A stretch of DNA of 63,261 bases, filler included, from Choristocarpus tenellus KU-1152 (GCA_964200185.2; 7 parts of 7 records of this genome joined end to end with filler, not necessarily neighbours in it); one strand, 5' to 3'. Positions 48,371-62,844 are shown, counted from the whole stretch's first letter. Notes: generated by a model from the letters alone, not told the origin. Numbers and translations: made by a program.

Positions 48371-50499
48371 ACTAACCCTACTACTAGTCTGTTGTATTGA
48401 TTGGGGTGGTGTTGAACGATGCTGAATACAACAACCTCACACTTGCCCCAGAGTTCCACACTCTGATAGCCCATGATGCCAGCATCACAAGGAGGGTACA
48501 ACACTAGATTACCCACCTTCTGTACAGGATCCGGTTTGACTCTTTCCGGATACAATTGGCGACCTTACCAGGGGATGCAGAACAAGGGAGGGAAAGTTAT
48601 TCGCTAGCTTTGGTCCGCCACTGGAGCCAGTGTGGACAAGGGGCAAATGATATGGGCCTCCACACAACCCCTGGAGTCAGCACGCCAGATTCCTCCAATA
48701 GAGTTCAGACTCACCGCCAGCAGATCCCTAGGAGGGAGGAGGCCCTATCCAACAGGTGTCCAGTGGCTTGGTGCAGGAGGCCAAATGTGGACACTACACA
48801 TGCTTGTACCTGCCCTAGGGNNNNNNNNNNNNNNNNNNNNNNNNNNNNNNNNNNNNNNNNNNNNTTAATTAATTAANNNNNNNNNNNNNNNNNNNNNNNN
48901 NNNNNNNNNNNNNNNNNNNNTTTTGTTTATTTTTTTTATGGCATGCTGTTTTTTTTCTTTTGTGTCGAGTGGTGTGGGTGGTGGGGGGGTGTTTAGCCCA
49001 GGTTATTCATTCTGGTCTAGGGTTAGGGGAGGTGTTGTAATATACCCCGATTTGATGCCATTTTGGTCTAGGGTTAGGGGGGTGACTCTCCTTTATCTTT
49101 GGTCTAGGGTTAGGGGGATTGAACATGGATTGAAAAGGGATTAGGTAGGTGTGTTCAGATGAAAAAAACGACCGTATGTCTGATATCTTCACTCAAATCA
49201 CATGGAAATCACTACTGGGTCACACAGGCCCCCAATGGACGCCTGATCCCCCCTCTGTAATACTATGTGTGTGTGTCTCATACTTGTCTTGGCCTGTCTT
49301 GCCTGCGCTGAATAATAATATAATAATATATTAATAATAAATCTTGTTTCTCTTGACCGTTATTTTTCTGAACTGAATAATAATAATAATAATAATATCA
49401 ATAATAAAATGTCTGAATAACGTGACTAACAACAGTTTTTTTTTTTTTAATTAAAAGTGGTACACTATATATTGCTCTTTTTTATTTTTTTTAATCTTGC
49501 ATCTATATTTTTGAAATTCCGATTCGAGTCGTTTTTCTTAACTGTTTTTGTGTGACAGGTAGGGTTAGGGTTAGGGTTAGATTAGAGTTTGTGAGGTTTA
49601 TGGACGTGTTGCGATTGCATCCTTGTAATTATTATTTTTTTAATCTTAATCTTGGATGGTATATAGGTAGGTAAGATGGAGAGTCACCTAGAAACAAGCA
49701 TGCATTACAAGTAGAACTCCTTCCCTCTGTGATAGATTATGTACATCTTTAGGTGAATCACTATTTCTTTTTTAAGAGGGTTAGGGTTAGGGTTAGGGAT
49801 GGAATAATGAATCACGATAACGATATGATATGAGTACAGTTTGTTGGTAGACTTGGTATCTGAGTTGTGAGTCTAAAAGCAGCATCACTCATCAAGTGCT
49901 AGAAAGTGACATCATTTTATCTCACTAATTTGAAGATAATATTGAAATTTAGGCATCATGTGATTGAAATATAAAATTTAATGTTTTGCAAACTGATCAA
50001 CAATGGTAGCGTGTGTCCACCTCATGAAACAAGTAAAGAACGCCGTATATGTTTATGAACACATTTATATATATACATATATAGTTTGTATATTTTGTAT
50101 ATTTTGAGAGTTCTAGTTTATTCAGCAACATAGCATGGACCAATAATAATGTTTCTAATGGAACAATCGATACTCTACTAGCCTTGACTCTAGAATAATG
50201 ATACTCTACCAACCTTGACTCTTGACCCCATCCCTATGGGTGTAGAGAATACGGTTAAGAAGCGAATTTTCACCCAATGGGATGGTGTTCTCCATGGCAT
50301 AGGAAACGTTTGCCCTGTAACATTCCCCCCACCCCCCTCAAATTTTCTATTGTTATGATTGACATAATCACCTTAACCCTAACCTACTGTTGACATCATC
50401 CCATGCCGCCTTCATCCCCTTATGATAATGATAACAATCATCTTGACTTCATTTCATTTTGATAATCAATAATACTGTGCTTGGAATCACTCATTGTTT

Positions 50500-51025
50500 T
50501 AAAACCTATTATGTATATTTAATAGATGTCTCACTAATTTTGTTCTTTTTTGATTATGATGTATATTAGATTAATATCTTATTAATTTAGTGTTCTTTAA
50601 CGTACAATGTATAGTAAATAAGTATCTTATTAATTTTATTGTTTAAGAACCTATAATGTATATGAAATAGATGTCTTACTAATTTTGTTCTTTTTAAATT
50701 ATGATTTATATTAGATTAATATCTTATTGATTTATTGTTCTTTAAATTACAATGTATAGTAAATATTTTTGTTAGTTTTATTGTTCTTTTTAAATTATGA
50801 TGTATATTAGATTAATATATTATTAATTTGTTTTCTTCAACTTACAAAGTATAGTAAATAAATATATTCTTAATTTTATTGTTCTTTTTATTGTTTAAAA
50901 ACCTATAATGTATATTTAATAGATGTCTTACTAATTCTGTTCTTTTTAAATCATGATGTATATAAGATTAATATCTTATTGATTTATTGTTCTTTAACTT
51001 GCAATGTATAGTAAATAAACATCTT
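50500..51025. repeat. AT-rich degenerate tandem repeat
   Basis: Recurrent GATGTATATTAGATTAATATCTTATT / CAATGTATAGTAAATA blocks. Confidence 0.8.
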
Positions 51026-51162
51026 GTTCATTTTCTTTTTGTATTGTGTATCATAGGGATTTTAAAAATTGGAATCATTTCTACACACGGTCACACCTTT
51101 TTTTAAATTATCTTGTTCTTGTCCTGATTTACTTTACGTTACTTTACTTTATTTTGTTCCAG

Positions 51163-51866
51163 CTGTTGGACGCTGGATTGATCCCTGCATGCCCTCTGTC
51201 AAGAAATGCCTGTGGTCATGAACTCAGCCAGGGAGAGGTAGAACAGGTAAGTTATTAATTTCCCCCTTTTTTATTATTATTGTTATTATTATTATTAGGG
51301 TATTATTGTACTTATTTTTCACTTTTTGGGGCTGTGTGTATTGCAATCTTCTTATCTTTTATCACACAGACCAGAACCTCCTGGGATAATAATAATAATA
51401 ATAGTGACAATAGAGCTCTAGTGATTGAATGTGTCCATGGTGTGTTAAAGGCAGAATGGTCTTGGAATGTTAATTATACTCTTTGTGTAGGAACGGTCTT
51501 GGAATGTTAATTATACTATTTTGTGGAAGAATGGTCTTGGAGTATTAATTATATTTTTTGTAAGCCTTGTTCGTACAGCACATTTTTTCATTTGAGAGTA
51601 GCATTACAAAGGTACATGGTAACACCAGTAGTTCCTCTTGGTTGTTATTGTAGACAAATGTCAACCCTATCCCTACTCCCCCTCTCTCTTGGCGTTGCTA
51701 TTGAGCCCTAACCCTACTATTAATACTGCTATTACAGTATAGATTCAAATTGACACATGGGGATGGTGTGCGTGATCATGATATGAGTAGAGTGAAATAA
51801 TAAATAAAAAGCATTGGTGTTTAAAATATAATATTTTCTATTATTCTATTATTATTAATACTATTA

Positions 51867-51898
<32 letters not shown>

Positions 51899-54847
51899 GG
51901 TAATAGTACCGTGGTGAGAGCAAGTTAGAGGCCGCAGAGCAAGCTGGGTTTCATAGATGAGCAAGAATTGTGGGAATTGGTAGGAAAAGGGTTAGGGTTA
52001 TTGTCTGGAATCTGAGATTCGTTTTGGTGTATCTGTATGTCACACCATCATTCTGGTTCACAACGACCAGTTGTTCTAGAGACATTCGTTAGAACATCTT
52101 AGAACATCTCCAGTGGTTGGTGCTCCTCTTGAGTGCCATCAATGACAAACAAAAAAAGAAACCAATGAACTGCTATACGTACACCAACCTTAGGGTTAGG
52201 GTTAGTGTCTACATGGAAAACTGTTCTGAATGAGACCGGCTCCCAATGGGACCTGTCCATTATATTACTGTCACTACAATTATTATTATTATTATTCCAC
52301 TATTATTATTCTGTGGTGTGCCTTTGGTTAGTAGAGATCGGAAGTTGTTTTGTAGTCAGAAAGCAAGTTGATACCCTTGACTATGCGGTAAGGTGTCCAA
52401 AAAATTATTTTAAAATTTATGATTACTTTATGTTACTAAAAATTGAAGGAGGGTAGAGAGTAGAGAGTTTGAGGGTTACGGACATGTTGCCTGGTGGGGT
52501 GCGATTCTTTCCGATTTTTGGTTTTAATTTTTAAATTTAAAGAAATTCTCCTGACACACAAAGGACATACATATGCCATGATTGTTTGTTTGCAGATACA
52601 CTCGTTTAATTAGGGTTAGGGCTACTTTTCCTCTGAGGCGTTTGCTTTGGACTTTTATTATTATTATTTTTGTTAGGATTATTATTTTCATTATTATTAT
52701 TATTAATAGTCATATATAGCACTCTAATTGAATTAGGGTTAGGGCTACTTTTCCTCTGAGGTGTTTGCTTTGGATTTTAATTATTATTATTTTGTTAGGA
52801 TTACTATTTTAAGTATTGTTATTATTATTAATAGTCATGTATAGCACTCTAATTGAATTAGGGTTAGGGCTATTGTTAATAGATATATGTTGTGGCTGTC
52901 GTAGTAGAGGATGAAGATAGCTGGTGAACATACAACCATCCTCCTGCTATACATGACTATATCATGTCCACTTACACACAATAATTTGTCATTCATGAAA
53001 GGGTATGGTGTGGCTTCATCCTGGAAATGACTGGTGTTATTATCTCTGATATGGTTCTACCAACTGCTTTTTGTTGTTTGTCGAAGATTCTCACTGGTTT
53101 TTGCTTCTTCCATGCAATTATTTAAAATATATATATTTATATTTATTTATTTATTGTGCAACTCTCTTTCTCCTCCTGGATTAATCATTGTAGCACACTT
53201 TAAGGTGTATATTTTGTAGGGTTAGGGTTAGGGTTAGAGCACATTCCACTCCAAGTAGTAATAATGACGAAATGAGATTCATATAGTAATAATAATAAAA
53301 TAGCATTCTCATAGTAACAATGATGAAATGACATTCAAATAGTAATATAATGAAATGGCATTCTATTAGTAATAACAATGAAATAACATTCTAGTAGCTT
53401 TTAAATAAAAATAAAATATATGCATGAGGTTTTTATTTCATTTTGTATTTTTGGTGTCCGATACTGTCTCTCTCTCTCTCTCTCTCTCTCTCTGCTGCTG
53501 CTGCTGCTGCTGCTGCTGCTACTACTCAGATTTTCCTCTTGAGTCGATACTCTTCTTTTGGTGGGTCAGCAGACGCCAACTCCGACAAGCCCTTGCCTTC
53601 AAATCACCAGCCCGATAATGCGACCACTTCTACTGCCTCCAGTTCAGTGCTGGGGAAGGGGAAGGGAGATCACAAGGAGCAGGCGGGGGGTGGGCAGGTA
53701 GAGCATACTGATACAGAGGACCGGAATCAGAGGGCTCTGGAAGCATGCAGGACACTGCTGACAAGGAGGGGGTTAGACTCCACCGGGGCGATACCCTGCG
53801 TGAACCCTGAGTGCGACAATTGGATGGTCATTGAACAAGACATGCCGAGAGTCTCTTGTGACGCTTGTGCTACAGAGTTTTGCAGCAGGTGTTTGGTCCA
53901 CTGTGGGGTAGGGGTAGGGGTTGGGGTTTGTGGAGTTGTAGAGATCGATTTTTTTTTTTTTATGGATTTTTGGCGGTAATTGACGATTTAGGGTGTGCTG
54001 TTTTGTGTTGGTATGGGGTATAGGTACCCCGTTTGTGTCTTGACGTGGAACTGTGGTGGGGAGATCAGAGGTGAATAGTAGGTAGAGTGAAGTGCTGTTG
54101 TTGTTTTTGATTGGAAGTACTAGTACTATGTTTGATATTATACAGGCAATTCTCTGGGGTTGGGGTTAGGGTTAGAGTTAGGGGATATTGGTGACTGAAG
54201 TGCTTGAAGTCGGAAGTGTTTGTAGGAAGGTTGAACCTGCAGGAGATGGAAAAGGAAAGGTTTGTGTGTGTGTGTGTGTGTGTGTGTGTTTGTAAATGTA
54301 TGTATTGTAGTGTATTGTTGAACATTATGTAGAGCTCTATCCCTCAAGTATGAAAGGGGAGGGTAATGATGATAATGATGGTAATGATGGCATGGTGGAG
54401 TTGAGAGGTATTAGGGAAGGGTCCTCCTCATCTACTACAGACTACAATATAGAAACCCTAAGTAACCCTCTAGTCAGTCCTACATTCCACCCTAACCCGC
54501 TGCCAATAATATATATATTTTTAGAAGTAGTGGTGAAGTATGTTACTGTATGTTATCATTAGTGATGCTGAATGGAGATTGTCAATTGTGTAGGTGTTAG
54601 TATGTTACTTATGTTATCATTAGTGATACTGAATGGAGATTGTCGATGGTGCAGGTGCAAGAGGTTTCCATATCACTATGCCGCTGCCTGTCATGAGGTC
54701 ATGAGTGTGACAGACGATTGGGTGGACTGGTTGAAGCAGGGTAAGGCGGCCTACCTTGAAGTAATGGCTAAGGAGGATGAGGCATCACGGGCTCTGCTGG
54801 CTAAGTACCAGGCTTCGAAGGAAAACCACAAGATGGCTGTGGCAGAG
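51163..54847 (+). CDS. RBR-family (RING-IBR) E3 ubiquitin ligase, internal exons 51163-51246, 53530-53888, 54655-54847
   Basis: RING1 tail IPACPLSRNACGHEL; IBR spliced as CVNPECDNW...VSCDACATEFCSR|CKRFPYHYAAAC. Phases are consistent and both ends are missing. Confidence 0.8.
52605..52872. repeat. ~125-bp tandem duplication delimited by TTAGGGTTAGGGCTA
   Basis: Units start near 52610, 52734 and 52858. Confidence 0.8.
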
Positions 54848-55475
54848 GTGAGAGGTGCTTCTTTTCCTTTTTCTTTTTTTTTGGCGGGGGGGGAGAGTTC
54901 AAGTATCGCTCTTGAGATGGTGGGGGATTGCGTCATATATATTTTTTATTAAGCATGCACGGAAATAGGGTCACTAGGGATTTCGATTTTCTGGCAGGCG
55001 ACCGTATTGTATTTGAGTGGTTGATTACTTGGTATATATATTGTATCTGTTGTGTTTGGGCTGTGTAGAGCACCTCCTGGAGGCGTTTTTAGGTGCAGGA
55101 TGGAGCGATTGATGTAAGAATTTGTTTGAATGAAGAAGTAAGAATTTGATGTTATGTAGAAGAAAAAAAATGTGCATAATCTAGCCACTGCTGTGGTAAC
55201 CCTAACCCTAGAGTGTACATGCAATGAAGGTGTTAAAAAAATAAAAATAAAGATGTTCCCCCCTTTTTTTTGGAAGTGTGAAGGGGTTTTTTATTTATGT
55301 ATATACATTTTTTTTTACATTATTTTATTATCCTGGCGTGTGCATCACCCCTCATCAGAAAAGGGCCCTCCCCCCNNNNNNNNNNNNNNNNNNNNNNNNN
55401 NNNNNNNNNNNNNNNNNNNTTAATTAATTAANNNNNNNNNNNNNNNNNNNNNNNNNNNNNNNNNNNNNNNNNNNN

Positions 55476-55544
55476 CCAAAATCGGGAGATGAAAAAATTG
55501 ACCCCAAATGGACAGCCACCACCCCCTCCCAGATACTGTGAGCC
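55476..55544. mobile_element. MITE family A, partial copy at a contig start
   Basis: AAAAAATTGACCCCAAATGGACAGCC...CCAGATACTGTGAGCC. Confidence 0.72.
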
Positions 55545-56699
55545 ACTATCGGCACTCACAAGCAGTAACACATACACGTATCATCAAGCGGTACACGGGT
55601 TTTTTCCATCTCCTTTGAGATTCGATTTTGGGTGCTTTTTTGTAGAAAGTTCATCAGTGAATGGGGGTGTTGAGTGTACCTGTTCATCCGTGGCTTCAGT
55701 GGGCACATCATCATAACTTCCATGCTGTAGTTAAAGTCGTAGCAGGTAGGGACAATTATCAGGTGAGTTATATATGTAACAAGCCGTGCAAGTGAGTCAG
55801 CATAGCCGTCAATAGTATTAAAGCGTGTGTTTTACATAAGAAATAAAAAAGAAGAAAGCTATCCATTGGTGACCATGAACAGGTGATGACACCTTGAATT
55901 CGTCTTCATAAACCACAAACCAATGTTCAATGCAGGTTGGAAGGGTCTTTTATTCAACCTCTACACTTGGGTCACTCTTCATTTACAAGTGCTGCACTAA
56001 TAGGGAGTTGCTACTTCCAAATTGTACACAGGATCAAAAATGGACAGTCCAAGCCGTTGGAGTGCCAATCAAAAGTTGATTCTCTCTAATATTATGTGCT
56101 CAATCAACTTGCCTTGGACGGGGATGATTGGATGATGCCACAGGCGTTTGCCTGTTACCTCGAGGTAATCAGCACTTGTGTGAGAGCTTGAGAGGGCGGT
56201 TTGCAAATGTCGAGTATCATCTTACAACATGCAACCAGCAACAAATTGTGTTTTGAATAATAATTGTACCAATAACCAAACCTTTTACCTCCGTACACTG
56301 AAGTTCAAACACATCATCTACTGTATCTCCATGCCGTTGGATGAGGGTGCAAAGATATCTCCACCAGATACCTGCTGCATTAAGGATCAACCACTGCAGT
56401 TCCCCAGGACAACAGCATGTGGCACAATGATTCGTGTGTATTTGTTCTTATTTTCACTAGAGAAGCAGGGCAGTTGCATTTTCGAGGCCAGCATCCTCTA
56501 CCAGCTTTGGTAACCCAACACACAGTCTGGTACATCTAGGATTTGATACTTGCAAGGTGTAGGCACACAAGCTGGAGGAGCGCACAAGGCAGACACGATG
56601 CCGCAGAGATTGAATATACTAGTACCTACTACATCTTCCTCTCTTTGCTTCATTCTTCACCTTCACCTTCACCTTCACACACACACACACACTCACAAG

Positions 56700-59600
56700 C
56701 TTGTAGAAAGGGTCCTCAATGCCATGTAGGACTTCCAGCAGTAGTACACCAAACCCGTATACGTCAAACGACGGCCTTGTCATCACTTGACGGCATAGTA
56801 CCTCTCCTGTCGCCGGGTTGATTGGATGACACTCGGGAGGTGCATGCGTTTCCGAGGCACTGACCAGGGGGGTTCCAAAGGCTGTTCGGCATGGCAAGGG
56901 AGAGACAACCAATGGCAGAGGTGAAAGAAAAAAATACCACTTCCAAGCGAGGTGTCCTACCATTCAAACTTATCCAGGCCCTGCTGCATGGATCCTTCCA
57001 TTCATCCTTCTACTACTACCCTCGACAAGAAAGTGGAATTTCACATTTGAGGACAAGGCAACCCCACTCTTTTCATGGTGATGCTCCCGATTAGATCCTC
57101 ATAGAACTGCCCTGTAAAACATGCTCCTCATGTATCATAGTCGCACACATTTCAGAGAATCGCTAGTGGAGTCGATGAGGACAGGAGAGTGCGGGTCTAG
57201 GTTCTCAAGCCTCTAGTCTATATTTCCTGTCTTTACTGTGATGATTTTGAGACTTCCTCTGTGCAGAGCAAGCAGGTGTCAAGTTGAAGGAGCTTTGCAA
57301 TAGATACAAGAATAGGTCCATCAGCTCTTTTGGAGGGGGTCAGGAAAATCGCTCTCTTCCTGCAGTCTTTGTGGGGTGTGGCCTTGAGTAATTATATGGT
57401 GTTGACTTGACCCTCTCCAAATACTCCCCCTAGGAAACGGGAACATTTACTCTAGAGTCCTATGAGGTGGATGTTGGGTATGGTAGAGTTGGGACTTCTC
57501 CTTAACCTTGCTGAGCTATCCTTAGGTCTGCCTATTTTACGTCATCCCTGGTGCAGGTAAACATTCAACCGCTACGTGGGAAGACTGGGCAAGCCATGCA
57601 CCTGCCAAGCTTTTCTTACCAGAAGCACATCCAAAGTCCACTAGGACGACTCTGGAGTGAGCCGGGTCGTTGGTGCCCGGCTCCTGCACCTTCACTGCAT
57701 TCTCCACCTTCAGGTCGCAGTGTGCCTGCAAGATGCCATGGACACACCTTAGGCCATCGGCCACATCACGCATGCACCTGGAATACATGAAGCAAGCAGC
57801 ATTTGTTACCGGCAGATTGTGGGATCATGCAAGACAACACTTTCCTTCCTCATCAAGACATCCAACAAATACCAATCCCACCTTCAACATCAACAGCACT
57901 ATAAACGTATACATGTACACATACACATGCATGTATTAGTGTCCTCACATCTATCCCACAACGTACTGCACCCTCGCTTGCTGCATCCCCAAATCAAAAT
58001 TCCTACCATTGCCACACACAAAACCCCACAGACACACACAACACGCAGCAACAGCCACCCAGGAACACAAAGGAAGCCACATTCATGGCACTTGCCTAAA
58101 CACCTCATTAGCCACACTGCCACCTCTACTACGCCAGCCCTCTGCCACCTTCCCCAGGTGCTTGGTGCCTGCTTCCAACACAATAGGCCTCGATGTGTGA
58201 CTAAGGCTGAAGCCAAACATCCTCACGATGTTTCGGTGCTCTTCTTGCTGCAGCCTAAGAAGAGAGAGAGAAAAAAAAAGAGACACTTCTCATACTGAGC
58301 ATCAAACAGCCACCATGGGTCAAGTTTATCGTTCATACTAGAAGGTACATGTTCTCACCACCCCCGACACACAAAATCATGGCCTCAGCGAACAGGAGGG
58401 CAACAAATCCCCCGGCTAGCGCTTGCATCAGTGCTAGGACAAAAGAGGGTTACCATCACAAAACAGGAAATCACCATGGTACATAGCATTCTCGTAGGAG
58501 CCAGAGCCAAATATACCTTGTGGAGAAAAGCAAACAACTGCTGGAATACTGCATCATGCAAAGCTCAATACCCAACTTTCCCTCATAAACACTGCAACTC
58601 CAACACAAAAATCATGCATCAGTACCAATGGCAGCCTATATTCACACTTCCTGTAACGAGAGGTGGCTCCTCATATACTCATCAACAAGCCCAAGCATCA
58701 GCTGCCTACACGGTAACCTTCTCCACTGAAAGGGAAAAGTCCATTGCAGATGCCCCATTACTTCTCCTAGGGGCTGTGCTCCAAAGATAACTACCGTGAG
58801 TACATTCACCACATTGCAGTCAACACTGCCATCAAACAACTTGTTTTTGCACCCTCTGTGAATCCCATGGAGCTCACCTTGAGAGCACATCCATCTCATT
58901 GAGGTGGCGCCCAACGTTCCATGGCGCCTGTAGGAGATAACAGTGGGACGGGGGAAACAGGGGGGCGAGAGGGGATTGAACTATGAGAGTAGTGAAACGT
59001 CAGTCCCAGCAATCAGATCATCAAATGTGCCCAATAAAGGTACTCGTCCACTCCTGAGCATGCAAAGAGATGTCAGCATAATCCATGCACCCCCTCCTCA
59101 CTATGTCTTTGTGTTGAGTACAGGGGCTGTAGACCACCTTGCCAGATTTCAAGAGCGCAACAGTAAATGGTATCAAAAAAGAGAGATTGCTCATGTTATG
59201 AGCGTGCCAAACCTCACCTCCCATACAGGGCATTATCCACATCCAACCTTCTTCATATGCAGTCCTAAGGAATGACCATCAGGACTGTATTGCATTGCGT
59301 CAGCCCCACTGTATAGGCAAAGTGCTGCAATCAATCGTGCCAGTCAACACAGCCACGTATCGCAACAGTATTCAACAGCAACTCAAAAAGACTTGTCACC
59401 GGGGGAAATGGGATGGATCCCTCCTCCGTACGCATTGATATTTGAAAATTCACTACACTAAAGTTCCTCAAAAGGCATTTCCAAGACCTTGTCTTCCTTG
59501 ACTCACCGAACTGCTCACAGACTTCACTGCCACCAGGTCCCCAACGCGAAGGTTGGAGTGCATAGGAGCACACTTCACACTCCAAGAATGAACAGACCCA

Positions 59601-59780
59601 AAGCAACCCACCCCTAGCTCCAACCCCGCCTCAAACACTGCTGGGTTCAACGCTTGAGCTGACCCAGTAGGCGCAAACATGCTCCACGGCTGTACGTTGG
59701 GTAAGGAAGGTCGGAATGTTTTCAGACAGGCCAGGAGGAAGGTGAATGACATTTGGTTCAAGACGAGAAGCTGATTGGTC
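56700..59780 (-). CDS. Divergent eukaryotic protein kinase, multi-exon (may be a pseudogene)
   Basis: Subdomains occur in order on the minus strand: LGVGCFGSV and VAVK (~59520-59620), LFAEAMILC (~58380), HRNIVRMFG (~58220), HCDLKVEN and DFG (~57630-57725), APPE and DVYGFG (~56750-56845). Boundaries are approximate, and candidate downstream exons contain stops. Confidence 0.72.
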
Positions 59781-60249
59781 AACCTTGATGTCCAACATCT
59801 TCACAACGACAAATATATATATATATTGCCTGGAATCACAAACAACACACACTAGCAGAGAAAAAACGGTCCAGGCTCAAAGTAAAACAGGGACTTGTGA
59901 AAAACAATAGTGGAGGGGACACACAAAAACAGAAAAGGGAAAATCCTTTGTGTGCCTGTCCACAATTGTATCAATAGTCTGGGCTTGAGTTGCAAAGTGC
60001 TTCCGCAGTCTGTTCGCGTGAACACCATTGCCACACACACACAAACGCACAATAGCGCTCACATAACCCAACATACACGCAAACACATACAAAGCACCCA
60101 CAGCTACTGCACGGCCCTTCTCTTGGCTTCCGTTCCTGACAGTGGACTCAAACAAACAAACAAACAAACACCCTCCCCCCATACAAAACATGAACGCCAA
60201 CAAGCAATGCACCAGCAAGCGCAGTCTCAAATTGTTGCCAATCATCTCT

Positions 60250-62700
60250 TCCACCTTGTGTCTTCCCATGTAGACCGTTCGACTAGTTGTTCTCTGCCGT
60301 GCCCGAGGAGTTAGTGACGTTCCCACGTTATGCTTGCGGAGCCGAGACAGCATCAGAGGGTCATGACTGCCGTCCTGGTCCAAGCCTCCAACTCCCTTGC
60401 TATGGAGGATGCAACCCCGTTCTCATCTATCAGTTCACAACCCCTTCATCCAGACCCCAATTGTACTTTTTCAGTAGTAACCGACCTCAAACCATCCTCT
60501 TCACTAATACCTTCCACGGCACCCTTCAAAAATATTACAGGTTCTTCATCACTAGAATCCTCAGGTTTCATTTCCTTGCTAGTTGCCACTGGTAAAAAAA
60601 TTTCCCCCTTCTACAGCGGCAACCCTGAAAATTGGTGTCCGGTGTCATCATGCAGGTTAGTATCCCACATAGACTCCCAACTGATGTCTCTTCGTATCAC
60701 AAGTCTCCCTGATCGTTGCAGCAGTATCCGATAAGTATAGGGAGGGTATTGGTTACAAGGTGCAATGCCCATCATGAAACAAAGTTCAGCACGGGGTTAA
60801 GACTTTACGGGTCGATTGTCAATGCGAGCATTACCATGGCTACCCCAAACTGGAATTTACATAATATCAGCAGTACGTCCGTGCCAGAATTCCCATGAAC
60901 TCACCCAGCCTTCATTCGCAGATGTTGGTGAGATCGTTGGCGTGTGACATCGCCTCCGGGCACAAGGTCCCATCATCTTCCAGTCTCGCTCCATATCGCA
61001 GTACCAGTGACTTTCCCATACCAACGCAAATCTCCTTTCGACCACCCCAATATATTGAGGCTCACCGGGCACAGTATGCTCATGTCGAATGACGTACCTT
61101 TCCGTTATACACTCAAATACAGCCCCAGTAACTTCTGTCCGATGATTCGCCCTTGCACCTTTGATCTCCACCTCAGCAGACTTCGCCACGCTGACCAAAA
61201 ATATCTCGAATGCGGACGAAGTCGTTGTATCGTTCTTGTTTTAGAGTAATACCCCAAACTCATTCGATTGCAGTCATCCAACACGAACACCGCATAGTAA
61301 TGCCCCTTCACTTTACTGGGTTTTTCCTTCAATCCAGTCAAGTTAACATAAACACCCTCCACCCTTACCGAAATGCGATCCCCCGTCTCATTTGGAATTG
61401 GATGCCGATAACCCTTGCCAAGTGAGCAACCTCGGCAAAATGACCCTCACGTTTAAGTCGTCAAAATATTTATAGGAGAAGCATTTTTCTTAACCATCCC
61501 CTGAGTTAAATGACTTAATCGCATGTACATCTCTTTTACATCCATGGACGCAGTACTATTCCACCTCAAGTGTAATCTTGGTTTCGCAGAAACAGGTGTT
61601 ATATCGATGGTATGGGCAGTAGATGAGTGTGAGTAGTTCATCACACTTACTCTTTCGATCCGAAATGGAAATAATTCTTCCTCCCCCAATGACATAAACA
61701 AGAAATTTCGTTCCCCAATGCCCCTAAAAGTTGAGATTCTACTGGAGTCGACAGACCAGAAACTATGATCGTCTCCAATCTAGACCTTGGGAGAATACAA
61801 ATTCACACAAATATCACGCATCGCAAGTACATTAGTGAAAATACCACTCTCCACTTTATTGATAACACATTCCAACTTGATGTTCCTTTTCCCAACAATG
61901 TCTAGTCTTAATTTTTCCAGGTTCATCTGTGCCTCTGGCGACTCATCACCATCATTCTGGTGTAAGATCTCAACGTATTCATCGCTGAGTGAATTTTGAA
62001 GCCAACCCGCTCGATCTACTTCAGTCACCGAACATCCAAGGCTCTTTAGATCCACTAGAAGAGCCTCCTTTCGGTTTATGATGTCCGCAGGATCTCCCCC
62101 AGGTTTCACCACCATCACCATCAATTGCTGTTTCACAAGATTTCTCTAAGTTTCCAGAATGAGTGTAATTCTTGTTGAGTGCGGCGAATACTTAACGCCG
62201 AGATTCGTACCTCGACACAATATCTATGACTAATCCAGCTGTAGCTTCTTAAAGTCCGTTGATCGCGTATGTCGTTGCATGGTAAAGTTCCACGTCTATA
62301 CCGGTTAAAAATAGTCCAACGACAATAACCTCAGGCGATCCTTCGTTACCAGTGGCTCCCTCCATCCCAATCAGAGAGCATGGGCGTTTGACACCATTTC
62401 CTCAAAGTTCCCGATTCTCCCTGGAATATGGTTGTTTCAAGGCATACTGTTCAACTTGAGTGCAAAAACGGGTCGAGTTCACGGCTACCGTATCTCTAGC
62501 CCCACATCCAACCCCACCCCCATGCGCGGCTAATGACTCATCTTGAATCTCCCCCTCCAAGGGGCAACTGTTGGTTCTTCAACTCCATCATCAATGGTGT
62601 TCAGACTTCAATCAAATCTTGATCTGGGTATCATCTTGTTTGTCTTGACTCCATTCCCCGTCATAGCTAAAATCAAAATATATCCAATACGCCAGCACGC
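60250..62700 (-). mobile_element. Decayed Ty1/copia LTR retrotransposon (gag + integrase; RT/RNaseH not seen)
   Basis: Gag-like WLQNSLSDEY; pre-integrase YMRLSHL; rve core VYVNLTG..KGHYYAVFVLDDCNR and RHEHTVPGEPQYIGVVERR; SH3-like VWGS..PRAELCFMMG..YRI..GRLVIRRDISW. Many stops and frameshifts; no LTR pair identified. Confidence 0.82.
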
Positions 62701-62844
62701 TTTTAAGTGCCGTAACAGGTTAAGCTGTCCATGACGGTCTGTTGTCGCACACTAGTTGTCATATTATCTATCAACTTGCATCAGAGTTGAGAACAGAGTG
62801 AGACATCATCTCCAGAAGGGGTTCATCAAATATCACAGCGAAAA

